Source: Spirochaetia bacterium
GTDB taxonomy: Bacteria; Spirochaetota; Spirochaetia; SZUA-6; Bin103
DNA length: 64,000 nucleotides
Assembly: GCA_965198005.1 (NCBI GenBank)
Contig: CBDAOI010000004.1
Span: 1,504,001 to 1,568,000, forward strand
Reading direction: 5' to 3'
Shown here: one piece after another, positions 20,176-32,165 of the stretch
Layout: each line of letters begins with the position of its first letter
Numbering within the stretch: position 1 is the first letter of the stretch
Position numbers and translations under genes: made by a program
The notes under the pieces: generated by a model
What the model saw: the letters and a program-made list of their open reading frames with translations, nothing else
Told to the model about the DNA's origin: nothing
The model's database searches: none

Positions 20176-21108
20176 TCAACGGGGCTGCAGGAGCCGCTCG
20201 ATCTCGGCGCGGCCGAACTCGTAGCGGGTATTGCAGTACAGGCAGGTGGTGACTACCGGCAACGGCCCCCGCGCCAGGATGCTCTCCAGCTCGCCCCGCG
20301 GCAGCGCGCCCAGGTGCAGGCGGAATCGCGCAGCGCTGCAGTGACACATGAACGACACGCGCCGCCGGCCGATCACCGCCGGCAGGTGGCGACCGAAGGT
20401 CTGTTCCAGCAGGGACGCCGGTTCCGTGCCGGCGGCGAACGCGGCGCCGACCGAAGGCAGCCGCTGCAGCAGCGTCCGTTCAACGTCCGCGACCCTGGCC
20501 GCGGAAGCGCCCGGCATCGCCTGCAGGAACACGCCACCGGCACCGGTCACCCGACCCTGCCGGTCGAACGCCACGCTCAGGTTCAGGGCGGTCGGGGTCT
20601 GGGCGGAGGTGGTGAAGTAATAGGCGAGATCCTGCGCCAGGTTGCCGGAGCGCATCTCCACCACGCCGCGGAACGGACGAGTGCCGCCGCCGAGGTCGGT
20701 GGTCACCGCCAGCGTACCGGTGCCGAACAGCTCCCGCAGACTCGGCACGCCGTCCCCGGGCGTCACCGGAATCGGCGCCTCGGCCAGGTAGCCGCGGACT
20801 TCGCCGAACGCACTGACCTCCACCGTCAAACCGGCGATCGGGCCGTAGCAATCGACGCGGATCTTCAGCCGTCCGGGCGGCTTGAGGTTGACGCTGAGCA
20901 GCCCCGCCGCCACGTAGGCCTGGCCCAGAACCAGGGTCTCCAACGGCCCCAACTGATGGTTGGCGCGCATCTCGAGCACCACCCGGGTCGCGTGCAGCAG
21001 CGCTCCCCGCACCTCGCCGTTGTCCAGCAGTACCTGGTAGAGCTGGTCACGGGCACCGGCGTGCAGGCGGCGCGCCAGCGTATCCCCGGGCAGCGGCCGT
21101 TTTTCCAT
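20176..21108 (-). CDS. hslO: Hsp33 redox-regulated chaperone
   Basis: GEVRGY, DLAYYFTTSAQTPT, AGGVFLQAMPG, CHCS..CLYC zinc motif. Confidence 0.92.
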   Translation of the reverse strand: MEKRPLPGDTLARRLHAGARDQLYQVLLDNGEVRGALLHATRVVLEMRANHQLGPLETLVLGQAYVAAGLLSVNLKPPGRLKIRVDCYGPIAGLTVEVSAFGEVRGYLAEAPIPVTPGDGVPSLRELFGTGTLAVTTDLGGGTRPFRGVVEMRSGNLAQDLAYYFTTSAQTPTALNLSVAFDRQGRVTGAGGVFLQAMPGASAARVADVERTLLQRLPSVGAAFAAGTEPASLLEQTFGRHLPAVIGRRRVSFMCHCSAARFRLHLGALPRGELESILARGPLPVVTTCLYCNTRYEFGRAEIERLLQPR

Positions 21109-21111
21109 GGT

Positions 21112-22390
21112 TCAGCTTCCCCCCAGCTGCCGCTGGACCAGTTCGGGCACCGGCGATGCCGCCAGCCGCGCATGCAGCACCCGCAGTTCGCGCACGCGCC
21201 GGAACGCCACGATCAGATCGCGTCCCGCGCGCAGCGCGCGGAAGTCCTGCACCGGGTACGCCCCGCGCACCAGGACCCGTTTGCGGTACCCGTCGCCGTC
21301 CGGTTCCACCAGCGACAGCCGGTACTCGGGCTCGCCGTCGGGGTCCAGCGCGCGCTCGGTGAACAGCACGGTGAGCACCGGGCGCCCGGTCTCGGCCTCA
21401 CCCGCGCCGGTGCCGCCACCGGCGGTCGGGGCCGCGTAGCCGCTGGGAAACACGGCCAGCGCGCCGACTTCACGCGCCAGCGTGACCTTGGTTTCCTGCC
21501 CGTTGTGCAGATCGACCGCGACGATCTCCAGCGCGTCCAACGCCGCCCCCGCGCTGGTGGCGCCGGCACCCGGATCGCGGCGCGTGTACGCGGCCATCAT
21601 GACCCCGGAATGGCAGCCGATCCCGATCGGTCCGCCGGCCTCCAACTCCACCCGCCGAATCTGTTCGGGGCCTTCGATCAGGAGCGCCTCGGCGTCATGC
21701 TCCAGCAGCAGCCCGCTCCGCTCGTCGCAGGCGTACGGGCTGGCCGCCGGAGCGGTTATCCCGTTCAGCGCCGTTGCGCGCGGACCGGAGACCGTTTCGG
21801 CCCGCAGGGTATAGGTAACCAGGCGCTGCTGCTCGCGGAGCACTCCGAACAGGGTCAGACCGGCGTCCGGCGCCTGCGCGGAGCCGGGCAGCGCGGCCAT
21901 CGGCAGCGGTGCGCGCGGGACCAGGTCGACCATCCACGTCGCTTCCGCACCGGCGGCGGGCGGGGCAGCCTCCCGGTAGATCCACTTCGTGACCCGTTTG
22001 TCCGCCAACTCCTGGTCGACGTAGAACAGGTGCTCCACGCCGTCGTGGGTCACGTAGGCATGCTCGCCGAGATCGGGATTGACTCCCGGAGGCACGTCGA
22101 TCCGGTCGATGGTCGCCAGGGTCGTGACCGCGGCGCGGTGCGCGGCTATCCGTCCGCGGGCGTACCTGAGGGTGAGGTGGTGGGCATCCGCGAAAATCAC
22201 GACCCATTCGTCGGGATCTGCGGCCGGCTGCAGCGAATAACGGGGCGCTGCCGCTTCCGCCAGCACGATGGTGACGGGGGTTGCCGGCGAACGGGGGTCC
22301 TGGCATGCTGTGACGATGATAACCCCAGCCACTGCGACCGCGATGCGCACCGCGACGCCCACCGCGACGCGTACGGAGCCGGGCGTCACG
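21112..22390 (-). CDS. Hypothetical lipoprotein-like protein
   Basis: Hydrophobic leader ending IVTAC; co-oriented with and adjacent to hslO; start approximate. Confidence 0.6.
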
Positions 22391-22415
22391 CGCGGATCCT
22401 GAACGCCGTCGAGGC

Positions 22416-22829
22416 ATGCGCTCCGCAGTGGTCTTCTTCGAGGGCCGGAACCGCCGGCGTCTCCTCGGCTTGGCGCAGGCACTGGCGCGCGGCGTGGAGG
22501 CACAGGGACATCAGGTCGACGTCATCGACGGCAGCCGCGAGGTCAACCGCAAGCTCACGATATACCGGTACGTCGCGGTCGGGGCCGAGCCGGTTACGTT
22601 CCTCGCGGGGAAGTTGCCGCCGGCCGTAGTGCGCTACCTCAAGGACGCCGGGATGGTGTCCGGCAAGCGCAGCTATGCGTTCGTGTCCAAGGCGGCGCTG
22701 AGCTCGGCGCGCGCGTTGCAGCGGCTGATGACCGCCATGGAGGCGGAAGGGATGTACGTCAAGAATTCGGGCGTGCTCGCCTCCGAGGTGGAGGCGGAGG
22801 CGATCGGTCGCCGACTGCACGTGGCCTAG
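22416..22829 (+). CDS. Flavodoxin-like fold hypothetical protein
   Basis: LAQALARGVEAQGHQVDVID..YRYVAVG..GKRSYAFV. Confidence 0.65.
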   Translation: MRSAVVFFEGRNRRRLLGLAQALARGVEAQGHQVDVIDGSREVNRKLTIYRYVAVGAEPVTFLAGKLPPAVVRYLKDAGMVSGKRSYAFVSKAALSSARALQRLMTAMEAEGMYVKNSGVLASEVEAEAIGRRLHVA

Positions 22830-22934
22830 CAACGCCTTCTTCGCCAGCAACCCCAACATCGCCGGAGGGAGTGTAGCGTGCGCGGGGGACCTGCCGGAAC
22901 ACCCTGTCCGGGCCCGGCGCCCGCGGAACGATTC

Positions 22935-22963
22935 TTGACACCGCCGTCAGGTTCCTCTATAAT
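22935..22963 (+). promoter_or_regulatory. Perfect consensus sigma70 promoter upstream of the DnaJ-domain gene
   Basis: TTGACA(22935-40)-17 bp-TATAAT(22958-63). Confidence 0.85.
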
Positions 22964-23061
22964 CGCGGTAGAATCGAATGGACGGTCCGGCGGGCCGTCG
23001 TGGACGGGCGAGACGCTGACGGGAGGGGCGGCATCAGCACGGGTGTGAAACGGGGTTTGCT

Positions 23062-23865
23062 TTGGATGCCGACTACTATAAGACTCTCGGATGCTCACCC
23101 CAAGCCAGTGCGAACGAAATCAAGCGCTCGTTTCGCCGGCGCGCCAAGGAGTTGCATCCGGATACTGCCTCCGCCGGCTCCGAGGAGCGCATGCGTTCGC
23201 TGATCCATGCCTACGAGGTGCTCAGCGATCCGCACCGGCGCGTCAACTACGACCGTACCCACGCCCGACTGTTACGCAACGTTACCTTCGACTATCGCGA
23301 GTTCCTGCGTCGGCAGCGCAACGACTACGCGAGCCAGAGCAAGCTGATCTTCTACGACCTGCTCCATTCAAACGACGACGAGGCGCTGGAGATCTACGAG
23401 CAGTTGGCCGTGGCGCACGTCGACCTGCACGAGCACATGTCGCACGAGGACTTCATGGACTGTTCCTTCCTCCTGGCGGAGGCGTTCGAACGCCGCGGCG
23501 ACGCGATACGCGCGGTCGAGATGTACAAGTCCCTGTACCGGCGGGAACGCGCGCGGCCCTACTTCCACCACTTCATCGAGGAGGTGGTGGAAAAGCTGCG
23601 TACGCTGACCTGCTTCAAGATGGCGGCAACCATGCCGGCGCCGCTGGTGATCGAGCAGATCCAGGCCTTGATCGACCTGGACATCTCGCGCAAGGAGTCG
23701 GCTTTCTTCCACAAGAAGATAGCCGAGATCCATTCCCACCATGGCGACAACGAACGCGCCGCCGTCCACCTGCAGCGCGGATTGGAGCTGGACAGCAAGC
23801 TCGCCGGGGTCAAGAAGCTCAAGGAGAAGATCGGCTTCCGGGAGGTCGCCCAACCGGTTTCCTGA
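23062..23865 (+). CDS. J-domain (DnaJ-like) protein with TPR-like C-terminus
   Basis: DYYKTLG..EIKRSFRRRAKELHPD..AYEVLSDP..YDR. Confidence 0.9.
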   Translation: MDADYYKTLGCSPQASANEIKRSFRRRAKELHPDTASAGSEERMRSLIHAYEVLSDPHRRVNYDRTHARLLRNVTFDYREFLRRQRNDYASQSKLIFYDLLHSNDDEALEIYEQLAVAHVDLHEHMSHEDFMDCSFLLAEAFERRGDAIRAVEMYKSLYRRERARPYFHHFIEEVVEKLRTLTCFKMAATMPAPLVIEQIQALIDLDISRKESAFFHKKIAEIHSHHGDNERAAVHLQRGLELDSKLAGVKKLKEKIGFREVAQPVS

Positions 23866-23932
23866 CCGGCCGCCCCGGCCGCCGGTTGCGCTCGCCACGC
23901 ACGGGGCGAGTCGTGGTACACTCTAAGGACCA

Positions 23933-25009
23933 GTGAAAGCACTCATCTCACGTACGCCGGCCCTGATCCTGGCTCTGGTTACGCTGGCTGCGGGTACGGC
24001 CGCGGCGCAGGCGATCGACCGGCCCGCCGCGACCGTGCGGCTGCACAAGCTCGACGTCATCAGCGTCCGCCAACTGCGCAAGCACATCGAGCTGCTGGAG
24101 CAGCGCAACGGCGTGCTGATCGCCAAGGAGCAGCGCCAGCGCGTGCTCGACCTGCTGGTCGGCGAGCGGCTGATCGAGCAGGCCGCGGCGCGCGCGCGGA
24201 TCTTCGTATCCGCCGACGACGTGACCATCAGGATCGAACAGCTCAAGCAGCAGGAAGGCCGGCGGGTGCAGCTCGGACGGCCGCTGACGGACGCCGAGTA
24301 CCGCGCGCTGGTGCGGCAGACCGGCCTCTCGTGGGAGGCGTATCGCGAGCAACTGCGCAGCGCGATCATCCAGCAGCGGTACGTGGCGCGTACCCGCGGC
24401 GAGGAGCTGAGCAACATCGTGCTGCCCACCGAGGACGAGGTAGTCGAGTTCTACGAGGCCAACAAGACGCCGCTGTTCGTGCAGCCGGACATGGTGCAGT
24501 TCAAGCACATCTACGTCGATACCCGCGCCCTCACCGGGGAGTCGGAGCGGGCTCAGGCGCGGCGGCGGGCGGACGAGATCTATCGTGAGCTGCAGCAGGG
24601 CGCGGACTTCGACGACCTGGTGGTCAAGTACTCCGACGACGAAGGCTCCCGCTACAGCGGAGGTACGTTCGGGACCTATCTGCGGCGTGACGATCAGGTG
24701 ACCAGCGACCTGCTCGGACGGGAGTTCTTCGAGGCGCCGTTCCTGATGCAGGAAGGGGAGACCAGCGGGGTGCTGCAGTCCAATGCCGGCTTCCACGTCA
24801 TTCGCATCGCCGACCGGGTGCCGGCCAAGATCCTGGGGCTCGATGACCCGGTCAACCCGATGTCGGAGGACTTGGTGCGTGACCAGATCCGGCTGCTGCT
24901 GGCCAACGACCGGCAGGTCCAGGCCTATCAGCGGGCGTTGTTGGCCGCTCTCGAAGAATTGAAGGAAGAAGCCAACATCCGCATCTTTACGGACAACTTG
25001 AACTGGTGA
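23933..25009 (+). CDS. SurA-like parvulin peptidyl-prolyl isomerase
   Basis: Signal peptide; VLDLLVGERLIEQAA, FKHIY, FDDLVVKYSDD, SNAGFHVI. Confidence 0.88.
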   Translation: MKALISRTPALILALVTLAAGTAAAQAIDRPAATVRLHKLDVISVRQLRKHIELLEQRNGVLIAKEQRQRVLDLLVGERLIEQAAARARIFVSADDVTIRIEQLKQQEGRRVQLGRPLTDAEYRALVRQTGLSWEAYREQLRSAIIQQRYVARTRGEELSNIVLPTEDEVVEFYEANKTPLFVQPDMVQFKHIYVDTRALTGESERAQARRRADEIYRELQQGADFDDLVVKYSDDEGSRYSGGTFGTYLRRDDQVTSDLLGREFFEAPFLMQEGETSGVLQSNAGFHVIRIADRVPAKILGLDDPVNPMSEDLVRDQIRLLLANDRQVQAYQRALLAALEELKEEANIRIFTDNLNW

Positions 25010-25025
25010 CGGACGGGCGACGGGC

Positions 25026-25511
25026 ATGGGAGCACGGCACGACGGACGGATAGTGGCTTTCCAGACCTTGTACCGGTATGAGATTGCGCGCGCGCCGCTG
25101 GCGGCGCTGTTGGACTTCTCCTGGAACGACGGGGCAGCCGCGGGCACGCTGTCCCACGCGGCCGTGCAATTCGCCAGACTGTTGGTTGCCGGCTGTCTCG
25201 AGGAGCTGGACACGGTAGATGCCACGATCGGGCGCCAGCTCGAGCACTGGGAGATCGACCGGATCTCCCGCGTAGACCTGTCGGCGCTGCGGCTCGGCGT
25301 GTACAGCCTGCTCCATCAGCCGGAAATCCCGAGCGCGGTGACCATCGATGAGAGCGTGGCCATCGCCAAACGGTTCGGCGGGGACGAGTCGTACCGGTTC
25401 GTGAACGGGGTGTTGGACGGGATCCGGAAGGGCAGCGGGCGGTCGCCGCGGCCGCGTGCGGATTCGTCCGCCGAGGCACTTGGCGCCGGTGGCCGTGACG
25501 TAGTACGGTGA
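25026..25511 (+). CDS. nusB: Transcription antitermination factor NusB
   Basis: RHDGRIVAFQTLY, WEIDRISRVDLSALRLGVY, VTIDESVAIAKRFG..FVNGVLD. Confidence 0.95.
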   Translation: MGARHDGRIVAFQTLYRYEIARAPLAALLDFSWNDGAAAGTLSHAAVQFARLLVAGCLEELDTVDATIGRQLEHWEIDRISRVDLSALRLGVYSLLHQPEIPSAVTIDESVAIAKRFGGDESYRFVNGVLDGIRKGSGRSPRPRADSSAEALGAGGRDVVR

Positions 25512-26203
25512 GAGCGGTGTTACCTGATATGTGTCGTCGTCCGACCCGCGTTCTCGTCGCCGTGCTTTTCTGTCTTGCCGTGGCCTCACTTGCGCCGGTG
25601 GCCGCGTTCGCCCAGGAGGGCGAGGCGGTCGAGGTCGAGGCGATGATCCCTCGCTACGGGCCGGGCGACTACGTACTGTCCCTTCGCCTCGGCTTGAACC
25701 TGCCGCTGTTCTGGTTGTCCACGCAGCCGATCGGGCTGCCGGCCGCGGCAGGCGAGCGCACGCAGGCGTCGCCGCACGACCCCAATCTGAATCTGATGTA
25801 CATGGCGGCCTTGAGTTGGAGTACCTACCTGAGCGAAAATTGGACCATTGGGGCGGAGTTGGCGGGCACGTTCGGCGTCGACATCAACAACAACACTCTG
25901 TTCATGGTGCCGATCCTGGCCCGTGGCGGTTACGTATTCAATCTGCCGGAGTTCGAGATCCCGGTCACGTTCGGGCTCGGCGGCCTCGTCATGCGGCTGA
26001 GCGACCGCACCAGTTTCGCGTTCGTGGCGCTGCCGGGGGTGTCGGTGCTGTGGCGCGCCACCTCGAACTGGTCGTTCGGGGCCACCGCCGAGTATTGGTT
26101 CGCCTGGGAGCCGCCCTGGGAGCAGCCGGCCGATGGCCCGGAGCTGCCTCACATGTTCGGCAACTTCGTCAGCCTGACCGCCACCGCGGTCTACCACTTC
26201 TGA
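25508..26203 (+). CDS. Outer-membrane beta-barrel protein (TP0733/OmpW-like)
   Basis: Signal peptide, alternating amphipathic strands, C-terminal TAVYHF; position after nusB. Confidence 0.7.
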   Translation: MRAVLPDMCRRPTRVLVAVLFCLAVASLAPVAAFAQEGEAVEVEAMIPRYGPGDYVLSLRLGLNLPLFWLSTQPIGLPAAAGERTQASPHDPNLNLMYMAALSWSTYLSENWTIGAELAGTFGVDINNNTLFMVPILARGGYVFNLPEFEIPVTFGLGGLVMRLSDRTSFAFVALPGVSVLWRATSNWSFGATAEYWFAWEPPWEQPADGPELPHMFGNFVSLTATAVYHF

Positions 26204-26229
26204 GGCCCCCGGTGAGACGCGTGGCACGA

Positions 26230-27382
26230 ATGAGCAGCTTGCGAGCGATCCGGAGCACGGCCCGGGCGGCGGCGGTCGGCTTGGCGCTGGCCGTGCTCGC
26301 CACCTGCAGCGGCGGCACGGCGGGCATCTTCTATACGCTCGCCACTCAGACTTCCCGTGAAAACCGCAACCTCGACGACAACCTGGCCGTGGCCAACATC
26401 GTGTACGCCGATGGTGGCTACTACGTGGCTGCGGCCAGCATCTACCGCACGGCCAAGATCGGTGAGACCTGGGACCAGGTGAACAATCCGCCCGCCGGCG
26501 ACGACGACGTGGTGCAAGTGCGCGCACTGGCCTACTACGGGGGTTATCTGTACGCCGCCTTCCACGTCGAAGGCGCCTCCAGCGTGTATCGTCTGTACCG
26601 CGCCAGCCCCGCCACTTCGTCGCTGGATTGGAAGGACCTGGAATTCGGTGAGCAGGTGGTGCGGCTGCTCGTGGTCGGCGACGGAGACAAAGCAAAGCTG
26701 CTGGCGATAACTGCGGACGCGGAGGCCGGCACGGGTGCGTTGTACGACCTGAGTGATGGGGGCCCGGCCGAGATGGTGCTCGCCGAGCGCGCGCGTGATG
26801 CCGCCTGGGACGGTACGGACTACTGGATAACGACCGCCGACGCCATCTACCGCGGTCCCGACCTGAGTGCGTTGGATACAGCGCCGTCACCGCGCCGGCT
26901 CGCAATGGCAACGACGCCGAGTAGCAGGTGTAATCGTCGTAGAGCCTACGTGTACGTCGCGGACGGCAACGGCAACCTCCACTGGGCGGCGATCACGCCA
27001 ACGGCCACGGCGGACACCGGCAGACCCCGCGCCTCCGGCAGAAGCCCTTGTCTGGATCTCCGACTCCGTCACTGCCGAGGACGACGCGCTCACCGAGTTC
27101 GGCAGAGTGGGGCGGAAGATCCTGGTCGGCACCCAGTCCCAGGGCTTTTACGCGTTCGACGTGGAATCGACCGGCGCCCCGCTGCCGCTCAGCCCCGGTC
27201 GGGAGGGCGTCAGGGTGACGCGCCATCCCCACTTCACCAACGAGCAGCTCTACAAGGCGCATGTGCTGCGGTTCGCGGTTCTGCCGGACGCCGAGGAGCC
27301 CGACTACCTGTTCGCCCTTACCGCTACCGACGGGCTGTTCAGCACGACCCCCGACAGCCTCGACATCTGGAACCAGGAATAG
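26230..27382 (+). pseudogene. Beta-rich lipoprotein, frameshifted between about 26890 and 27060
   Basis: Lipobox-like LATCSGGTAGIFY; C-terminal ILVGTQSQGFY..WNQE is in a different frame. Confidence 0.6.
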
Positions 27383-27449
27383 TTCGCGTGGTACCTACGG
27401 CGGTAACCGTGGTTCTCAGTGGTCAGGCACACGACATCTGGGGGCGCAA

Positions 27450-27580
27450 CTCCCAATAACGCGAAACAGCGCGGCTGCAGCGCCGTCGGCTCGCACCCGC
27501 ACGGTGTTTGACGGCAGCGTGCCCAACTCAGCGATCCGGCTGCGAAAACTGTGCACCGGCAGAGGATATCTGCGGTCGGC
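27450..27580 (-). mobile_element. IS1634-like transposase C-terminal remnant
   Basis: LPVHSFRSRIAELGTLPSNTVRV. Confidence 0.4.
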
Positions 27581-28039
27581 CTAACCCCCAGCTATAGCTA
27601 TCACGCATGGGGCTCGCTGTCCACAGGCTCTGCGGCGGTCAACATTCGTTCTGCCACCACTCGCTCGGCGGCGTCGGTCTGACCAAACCGCGCCAGCAGC
27701 GACCCAGGCAGCGACTTCTCATCTACCGGCGGCATAAGCCGCGCCCGCCAACTCTTCTGTTCGCTTGCGCGTGGTCCCGTTGTGCATGCTGAACACCAGC
27801 AGAAACACCGGCCCCAGATACACCCGCCGGCCCCAGAACCGCAGCGCCCGCGGCGTCACCCGCTCGCGGCACCCCGCCGCCGCGCAACAGAAACTCGCCC
27901 GCCGCTCATACTTCGGCGGAAGTTCGCTCGGCCCGCCGCGCGGCTTGCGCTCATAGCGCGCCGAGTGCAGAACGCCCCCGCTACCGCAACCGGCATAAGG
28001 ACCAGCGCCGGACGTCGGCGTACCTCCGCGCACAAGCAG

Positions 28040-31000
28040 CTACATCAGCGCCATACACTCGTCGAGGAACTCGCTGATGTTCCGGGTGAGCCGCGCCCAC
28101 CCAAGTACTACGCGCGCCTGCCGCTTGAGCGCGTCCGCATCGACCGGGCCGCTGGCTGAGAGCCTCCGCAGCAACGCGCCGATTTCGTCAGGGGGAAGCT
28201 CATCGAGCTCTCGGGGGCCACGCTCGCGGGGGAATCACCTCGGGGCTCTCCGGGCTGCGTAGCACGAGTTGCGCTTGTCCCGTGCGACCGAGTGGATTGG
28301 CGACCGCCACGACGCCCGTTCGCACCGCCGCGGCGCAGGCTCGGTTGAGGGCTCGCCGCGCCAGTGCGGTAAGCCGGCGACTGCCGGAAGCGCGATCGAT
28401 CAAGCGGTAGGCGCGGATCGCGACCACCGGCCCCTCGTAGCGAGCTACTTCGGCCAGCAGAGCGATGAGTTCACCCTGTCTCGCAGTGCGCGGATCGGGA
28501 ACGTGGCCGGTCGATGCCCACTCCCCGTAGGGCGCACGTGCGGCCACGGGAGCGGCACTCTTTGATAGTTGCCCGGCGCGCGGAATCCCTTGGCGGACAG
28601 CCGGCCGGTCGACGGTCTGCAGTATGGGCTGATCGGGGCTGATGCCTTCGCGTTCAGGTGACCGCTCAGGCACAGGGGGTGGGCCAGGTCGCGGCGGATC
28701 ATTCCCCGCAACGGCGGCTTGGTCCGATGGATGAGCGTTTCCACCCGTCACGGGCGGTTGCCCGGTGGGTCGTTTCGCGTGACGCTCGCCGTCGTGCGTG
28801 GCCGACTCTCGTTGCCCCTGAGCGCTCAGCGGATCGTGCACGACAAGTTCTGCGATTGGCTCGGACGGCCGTGACGGCGGCATCTCGGCTCGCCGTTTCT
28901 GCCTGCTACGGCGATCGTCGTCCTCGGCTGCGGGGAAGATTCCGCGATCGTTGAGCGCGTTCCAGAGACCCGCGAGCGCCTCGTCGGAGTCGAGCCGGAA
29001 CGCACTTTCGCGAACCCGCCAGAACGTCCAGCCGCAGCGTTCCAGATCGCGCTGGCGGCCAGCGTCCCTTTCATATTGGTCCGCCCCGTGCCAGGCATCG
29101 CCATCGCACTCGACCGCCACGCTGCCGTCCATGCCCTGCACGACAAGATCGATGCGGTAGACTCGTCGAGGTGTTTGCGTGCGTTGCGACGGTGCTGTGG
29201 CGCGTACTTGCCGGTACCCCTCCCGATGGAACGCACCGACTTCGACCAAGCTACCAAGTGCTGTCGCTGGTTCTCCGTCATCCGCGTGAAGCAGTGCGTC
29301 CACGCCTTTTCAGCCGCGAGTCGTTCCAGCGTGCGAGCGATGTCTTGCTTCGTGTGATCGAGTTCGAGGCGGTGCTGCTCCTCCGCACCCGGCTTGATCA
29401 GACGCTTCACCCAAGCGTACGCCCGCGACCAGTTCCAGGCGCGCCCGATCTCACCGGCCCGCTCATCCCAGACAGAGGCAGCAAACGTCCCCTTGATCTC
29501 ATCAGCCAGAACCGGCGCTCCGGTTGTCATCCGGTGCAGCAACTCGCGCTTGCGGTCCACTTGCGCCGCGAGTTCCACGTTGTCTGCCGCTCGCTGCAGC
29601 GCGCTCGCGTATTTCCGCGCGTCGCGATCCACGATAGCGGCGCGTATCTCCTCCGAGGTGGGGTCGAGCGGCCAGAGTGTTCGCTGCCCGAGTGTTTGCT
29701 GCGCCTTCAACCGTTCGCAAGCCGATTCGATCTCACCTTGCGCGGCAGCGTATCGGTACGTCGTCTCCACGGCGGCCACCGACTCGCCGTAGCGCCGCAG
29801 TGATGCCGGGTCAGACCAGTCCGGCTCGGGGCTTCCCGGCGTGCGCTCCACGATTGCTGCCAGGTCGCGCTTCAGAATCAGGGCCGCGAGTGCATCTTCA
29901 ATGGGCGCGCACAGATCCTGGAGTTCGGTCGCCAGATCGGTGAAGGTACTCGCCCTGAAGTCGTGATAGCGCCCCCAGCGCTCGCGCAGACGGAGGATTT
30001 CGAGTTCGCCGTCGACCCGCCTCACCAAGTCGTCCACGGCGTCTGCCACCGTGCACGGCCGACCGCCTATGCGCAAGTCGCGAATGTAGCGGGCACGCTT
30101 CACTACCTTGGGGCGGAGTGGACCGAAGCCCCAGCGTCCACCGGCCCCAAGGTGGTCGAGCAGGGCGTTGGCGTCGGCGCGCAGCGTCTGCAGGTCTGCT
30201 GTCGGCGGCGGAGTGATCGGGTTGGCGTCGAGCGCGCGAGCGGACCCGCCCAGTGACTTCGCGGCGTTCAGGGTGTCCTCGTGCAACTGCCGCCACGTAC
30301 GCTCCAAGCCGCCGAGAATCTCCTTCGTTGCCGTTTCCGCCCAGGCCAGCGGTTGTCGCTCCATCTGTTCGATCAGCCGGAGGAGCTTCTCCAGTCCGCC
30401 CGCGAGATCACGGCGGTCGCACTCGACCATCTGTTCCAACGCGTCGTACTCGCCGCGATGCCTGATTGGCGCGTTGATTTCGTGGGCCGCACGTGCTTCG
30501 GTCTCACTTCGTACGGCTCGTTCGAACTCCTCAGGAGCAGGCAAACCGCCGAGGTCGACGCTCACCCATCCGTTCGCTTCCCAATCCCGGAGGTGCTCGT
30601 TCCTGAACAGCGAAACCAGTTCGGCGAACTGATCTGCAGAGAGCGGTGGATCGATGTCTTCCGGGGTGTCGTCGGGAATCCAGGAGAGCGACTCCCGCTC
30701 GTCGCGCAGCGTTTCGGCGATGCGGGCAAGGTCCCGTTGTAGCCAAACTTCGCCTCGTGACGGGTCTCCCGTTCCCCAATTACGCGCAGGTCCTGAAGTA
30801 CCTTGGCTTCATGTCTTCGGGCGCGATCCAGGTCGCCGTCGAGGCGCGCAATTGTTGCGTGGCTCTCCTTCGCATTCCAGGTGTTGTGCCGGGTCGTGAT
30901 CCCCTGAACGGACCCCTCCATGGCATCCAGGGCGTCGCGGTCGTCGCCAAGCAGGACGACCGCCAGCGGGGCGAGGTCCGGTGCGTGCTCGAGGATCATG

Positions 31001-32165
31001 TGGCGCAGCACCTTGAGCGCCCGCACCGTGTGGCTGGTCACGAGCACCCGCCGGCCGTTGGCGAGCGCGTGGCAGATCAGGTTGACGATGGTGTGCGACT
31101 TGCCGGTGCCGGGCGGCCCCTGGACCAACACGCCCTGGTTGGTGGCCAGCCGTTGGATGATGCCGCGTTGCGCCTCGTTCGCGGGGAGCGGGAAGTAGGT
31201 TTCTTCCGGATCGGCACCGTTGCCGCTGTTGCTCATCATGCCGGCGGGAGGGCCATCCTCCGAGATGCTGATGAAGCGCGCCACGCCCTCGGGCACGGGA
31301 TCCCCTTTCTCGAGTTTCTCGATGATCCTCTGGAACGCGCGGATGAACGAGCGCTCGGTTCTGCGCCGCAGAATGAGTGCGGGCGCGAACTGAACCACGG
31401 GCGCCGGGCCGGGCCGTCGCGGCTTGAGGGACGGGCGGTACTCGCCTTCCGCCGACGCCGAATGCGCCCAGCTCTTGAGCAGACCGTCCAGCGGACCGGG
31501 CGCCCACAGGGAATCGCCAATCTGCTGCACCGTCTCCTCAATGGCACGAAGCTCCTGCGGGTCGGGACGGTGCTGCGGGTCCAACATGTCCAGTTCCAGG
31601 GTGGGACGGGCGCCTTCCCCCGCCGGCGTGACGGTCAGCGTTCCGTGCTGCGGATCAAGACTCACGGCGGCCTGGGCGGCCACCAAGTGTCGCTGCACTG
31701 CGTAGCTGCCGGGAACGTTCCAGCTCAGCAGGCCCAGCCCGAAGACGACTTCGAACCGCTCACCCACGCTTTGCTGACGTTGGTACATCAAGAAGAGCTC
31801 CAGGTACACTTTGCGGACGGTCCGCTCACGCCGGTCGCGCTCGGCCCATGGCCACCAATGGTTCTCGATCCAGGCATCCCACGCCTGCTGAACCTCGGGA
31901 TGGTCCTCCAGTTCCAGCGGGGGATGTTCGTCGGACTGGCCGCGAATGGTCGGCCGACCTCGTCGGTGCCATCGCCTCCGGGGGCATCGGAACCGCAGCG
32001 CCTCCACGCGATGCAGTCACAGCCGCTCTCACGCGGAACGTCGGCGGCCCAGATGACCTGCCCCTCCTGCTCGTAGCGGGAGATGTCGCGGACCGTGGTC
32101 GTACGGAGTTGCGTGAACTCGCTGAGGAAACGGTACAGGGCTACGGCCCCTTCGCGGTCAGTCAC
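28040..32165 (-). pseudogene. Large SF1 (DNA2/NAM7-like) helicase with Vsr/DUF559-like endonuclease and DUF3320-like tail; several frameshifts and a large deletion
   Basis: GGAGG-GTG start at 32165; FPLPANEAQ, VQGPPGTGKSHTIVNL, RVLVTSHT; YRIDLVV..VAVECDGDAWHG..RQRDLERCGWTFWRVRES; EVARYEGPV; LGWARLT near the end. Confidence 0.85.
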
